A DNA stretch of 31,983 nucleotides from a virus (Duplodnaviria; Caudoviricetes): positions 1 to 31,983 of the IMG/VR virus record IMGVR_UViG_3300036713_000115; one strand, 5' to 3'. Shown in pieces: positions 31,238 through 31,983 of this stretch. How positions within the stretch are numbered: the stretch's first letter is position 1; each line of letters starts with the position of its first letter. The position numbers and the translations under genes are program-made. Under the pieces are notes generated by a model. It did not search any database. It was not told where the DNA came from and worked only from the letters and a program-made list of their open reading frames with translations.

Positions 31238-31983
31238 TTATGATTCGTTTAAGTCAGCAACGATTCCGTGTGCAGCTTCGTTAGATACTTCTAATCCAAA
31301 CTCAGTCACAATCATCTTGGTTTCAGCATCGCCTATTGTAGCAATATCAACAGTTTTAAAGTCTCTTAAGTAAGATACTTTAGCAAACTCTGGATCTACC
31401 AATAGTAATGATGCTTCTCTTGATCTGTTTGATGGAACGATTTTTAGTTCACCAAAGTCAGAAGAGTATACAGATACTGAAGCTTCTACAGTAGTTGCAT
31501 CAACAAACTGTCTAGCTTGAGTTCTACCTGTGAAACCAGAGATAACTTGTTTGTTATGTGGACCACATATAGCCATTGAAGGCTCGGCTCCGTTACCAAA
31601 CATAGTTTGTAGAACGCCTTTTAATAAAGCTTCTGTTAAGTCTCTGTCTGTTCCATCAACTGGAGCAGCACCGCCACCAGCACCTGAACCACCAGAACCT
31701 CTGGATACGTTAGATGTTAGCCATGATTCAAAACCGCCAGTTACCCTAGCTGTTGTAGCGTCACCAGTTGTTTTAGCACCGTTTTGACATAAAGCCTCTT
31801 CCATGTCTCTTTTCAATGCTTTAGCCATAATAGCTAATTGATGAGCCATTTCTGATCTTTTGCCAGCTGGGTCTGAAGCGTCTTGAGAACCAGTTACAGT
31901 TGCGTCTCTTTTTGAGATCATTGCAACGTTACTTACTCTAGTTGTCGCTGTAGCAGTAGATCTTGATAGTTCAAAACCTTCTA
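31238..31983 (-). CDS. Major capsid protein (DUF5309/SU10-like), 5' truncated by window edge
   Basis: Frame open to the edge (EGFELSRSTATATTRVSNVAMIS...); LKRDME, Y.SDFG, GDAE. Confidence 0.9.
   Translation of the reverse strand, partial: EGFELSRSTATATTRVSNVAMISKRDATVTGSQDASDPAGKRSEMAHQLAIMAKALKRDMEEALCQNGAKTTGDATTARVTGGFESWLTSNVSRGSGGSGAGGGAAPVDGTDRDLTEALLKGVLQTMFGNGAEPSMAICGPHNKQVISGFTGRTQARQFVDATTVEASVSVYSSDFGELKIVPSNRSREASLLLVDPEFAKVSYLRDFKTVDIATIGDAETKMIVTEFGLEVSNEAAHGIVADLNES

Noticed and set aside
668-31787. Other antisense ORFs (668, 5831, 8006, 10375, 19670, 27608, 28544, 29354, 31530 etc.)
   Set aside because: Nested opposite well-supported genes
1-31983. Stop-codon reassignment
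   Set aside because: Core genes are intact in the standard code and TAA, TAG and TGA all serve as stops

Overview
AT-rich dsDNA tailed-phage sequence with a podovirus-like gene set of the kind common in marine viromes. It may be a nearly complete genome: the window ends inside the major capsid gene and starts just where a scaffolding gene would be expected. Minus-strand late block: terS, terL, portal, then about 5 kb of extra genes (RelA/SpoT-type alarmone synthetase with a convergent small partner, a cluster of tiny basic proteins, resolvase, holin, M15 endolysin). Also on the minus strand: capsid, adaptor, tail fibre, nozzle, GNAT and three ejection proteins. A minus-strand replication block encodes HTH, DUF2800 nuclease, Sak4, SSB, Zn-finger, primase-helicase, a candidate origin and an HTH initiator-like protein. 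A plus-strand early region of small genes is driven by sigma70-type promoters. Main points of interest: (1) a MuF-less, portal-linked alarmone-synthetase toxin with a candidate immunity gene; (2) two long hairpins presenting anti-Shine-Dalgarno loops complementary to specific phage RBSs; (3) an ejection protein with matched 8x11-aa and 8x22-aa repeat arrays; (4) an in-frame relic of a replaced tail-fibre tip; (5) a shared MDLTKY N-terminus on SSB and primase-helicase. All family calls are by motif recognition by eye; no searches were run.
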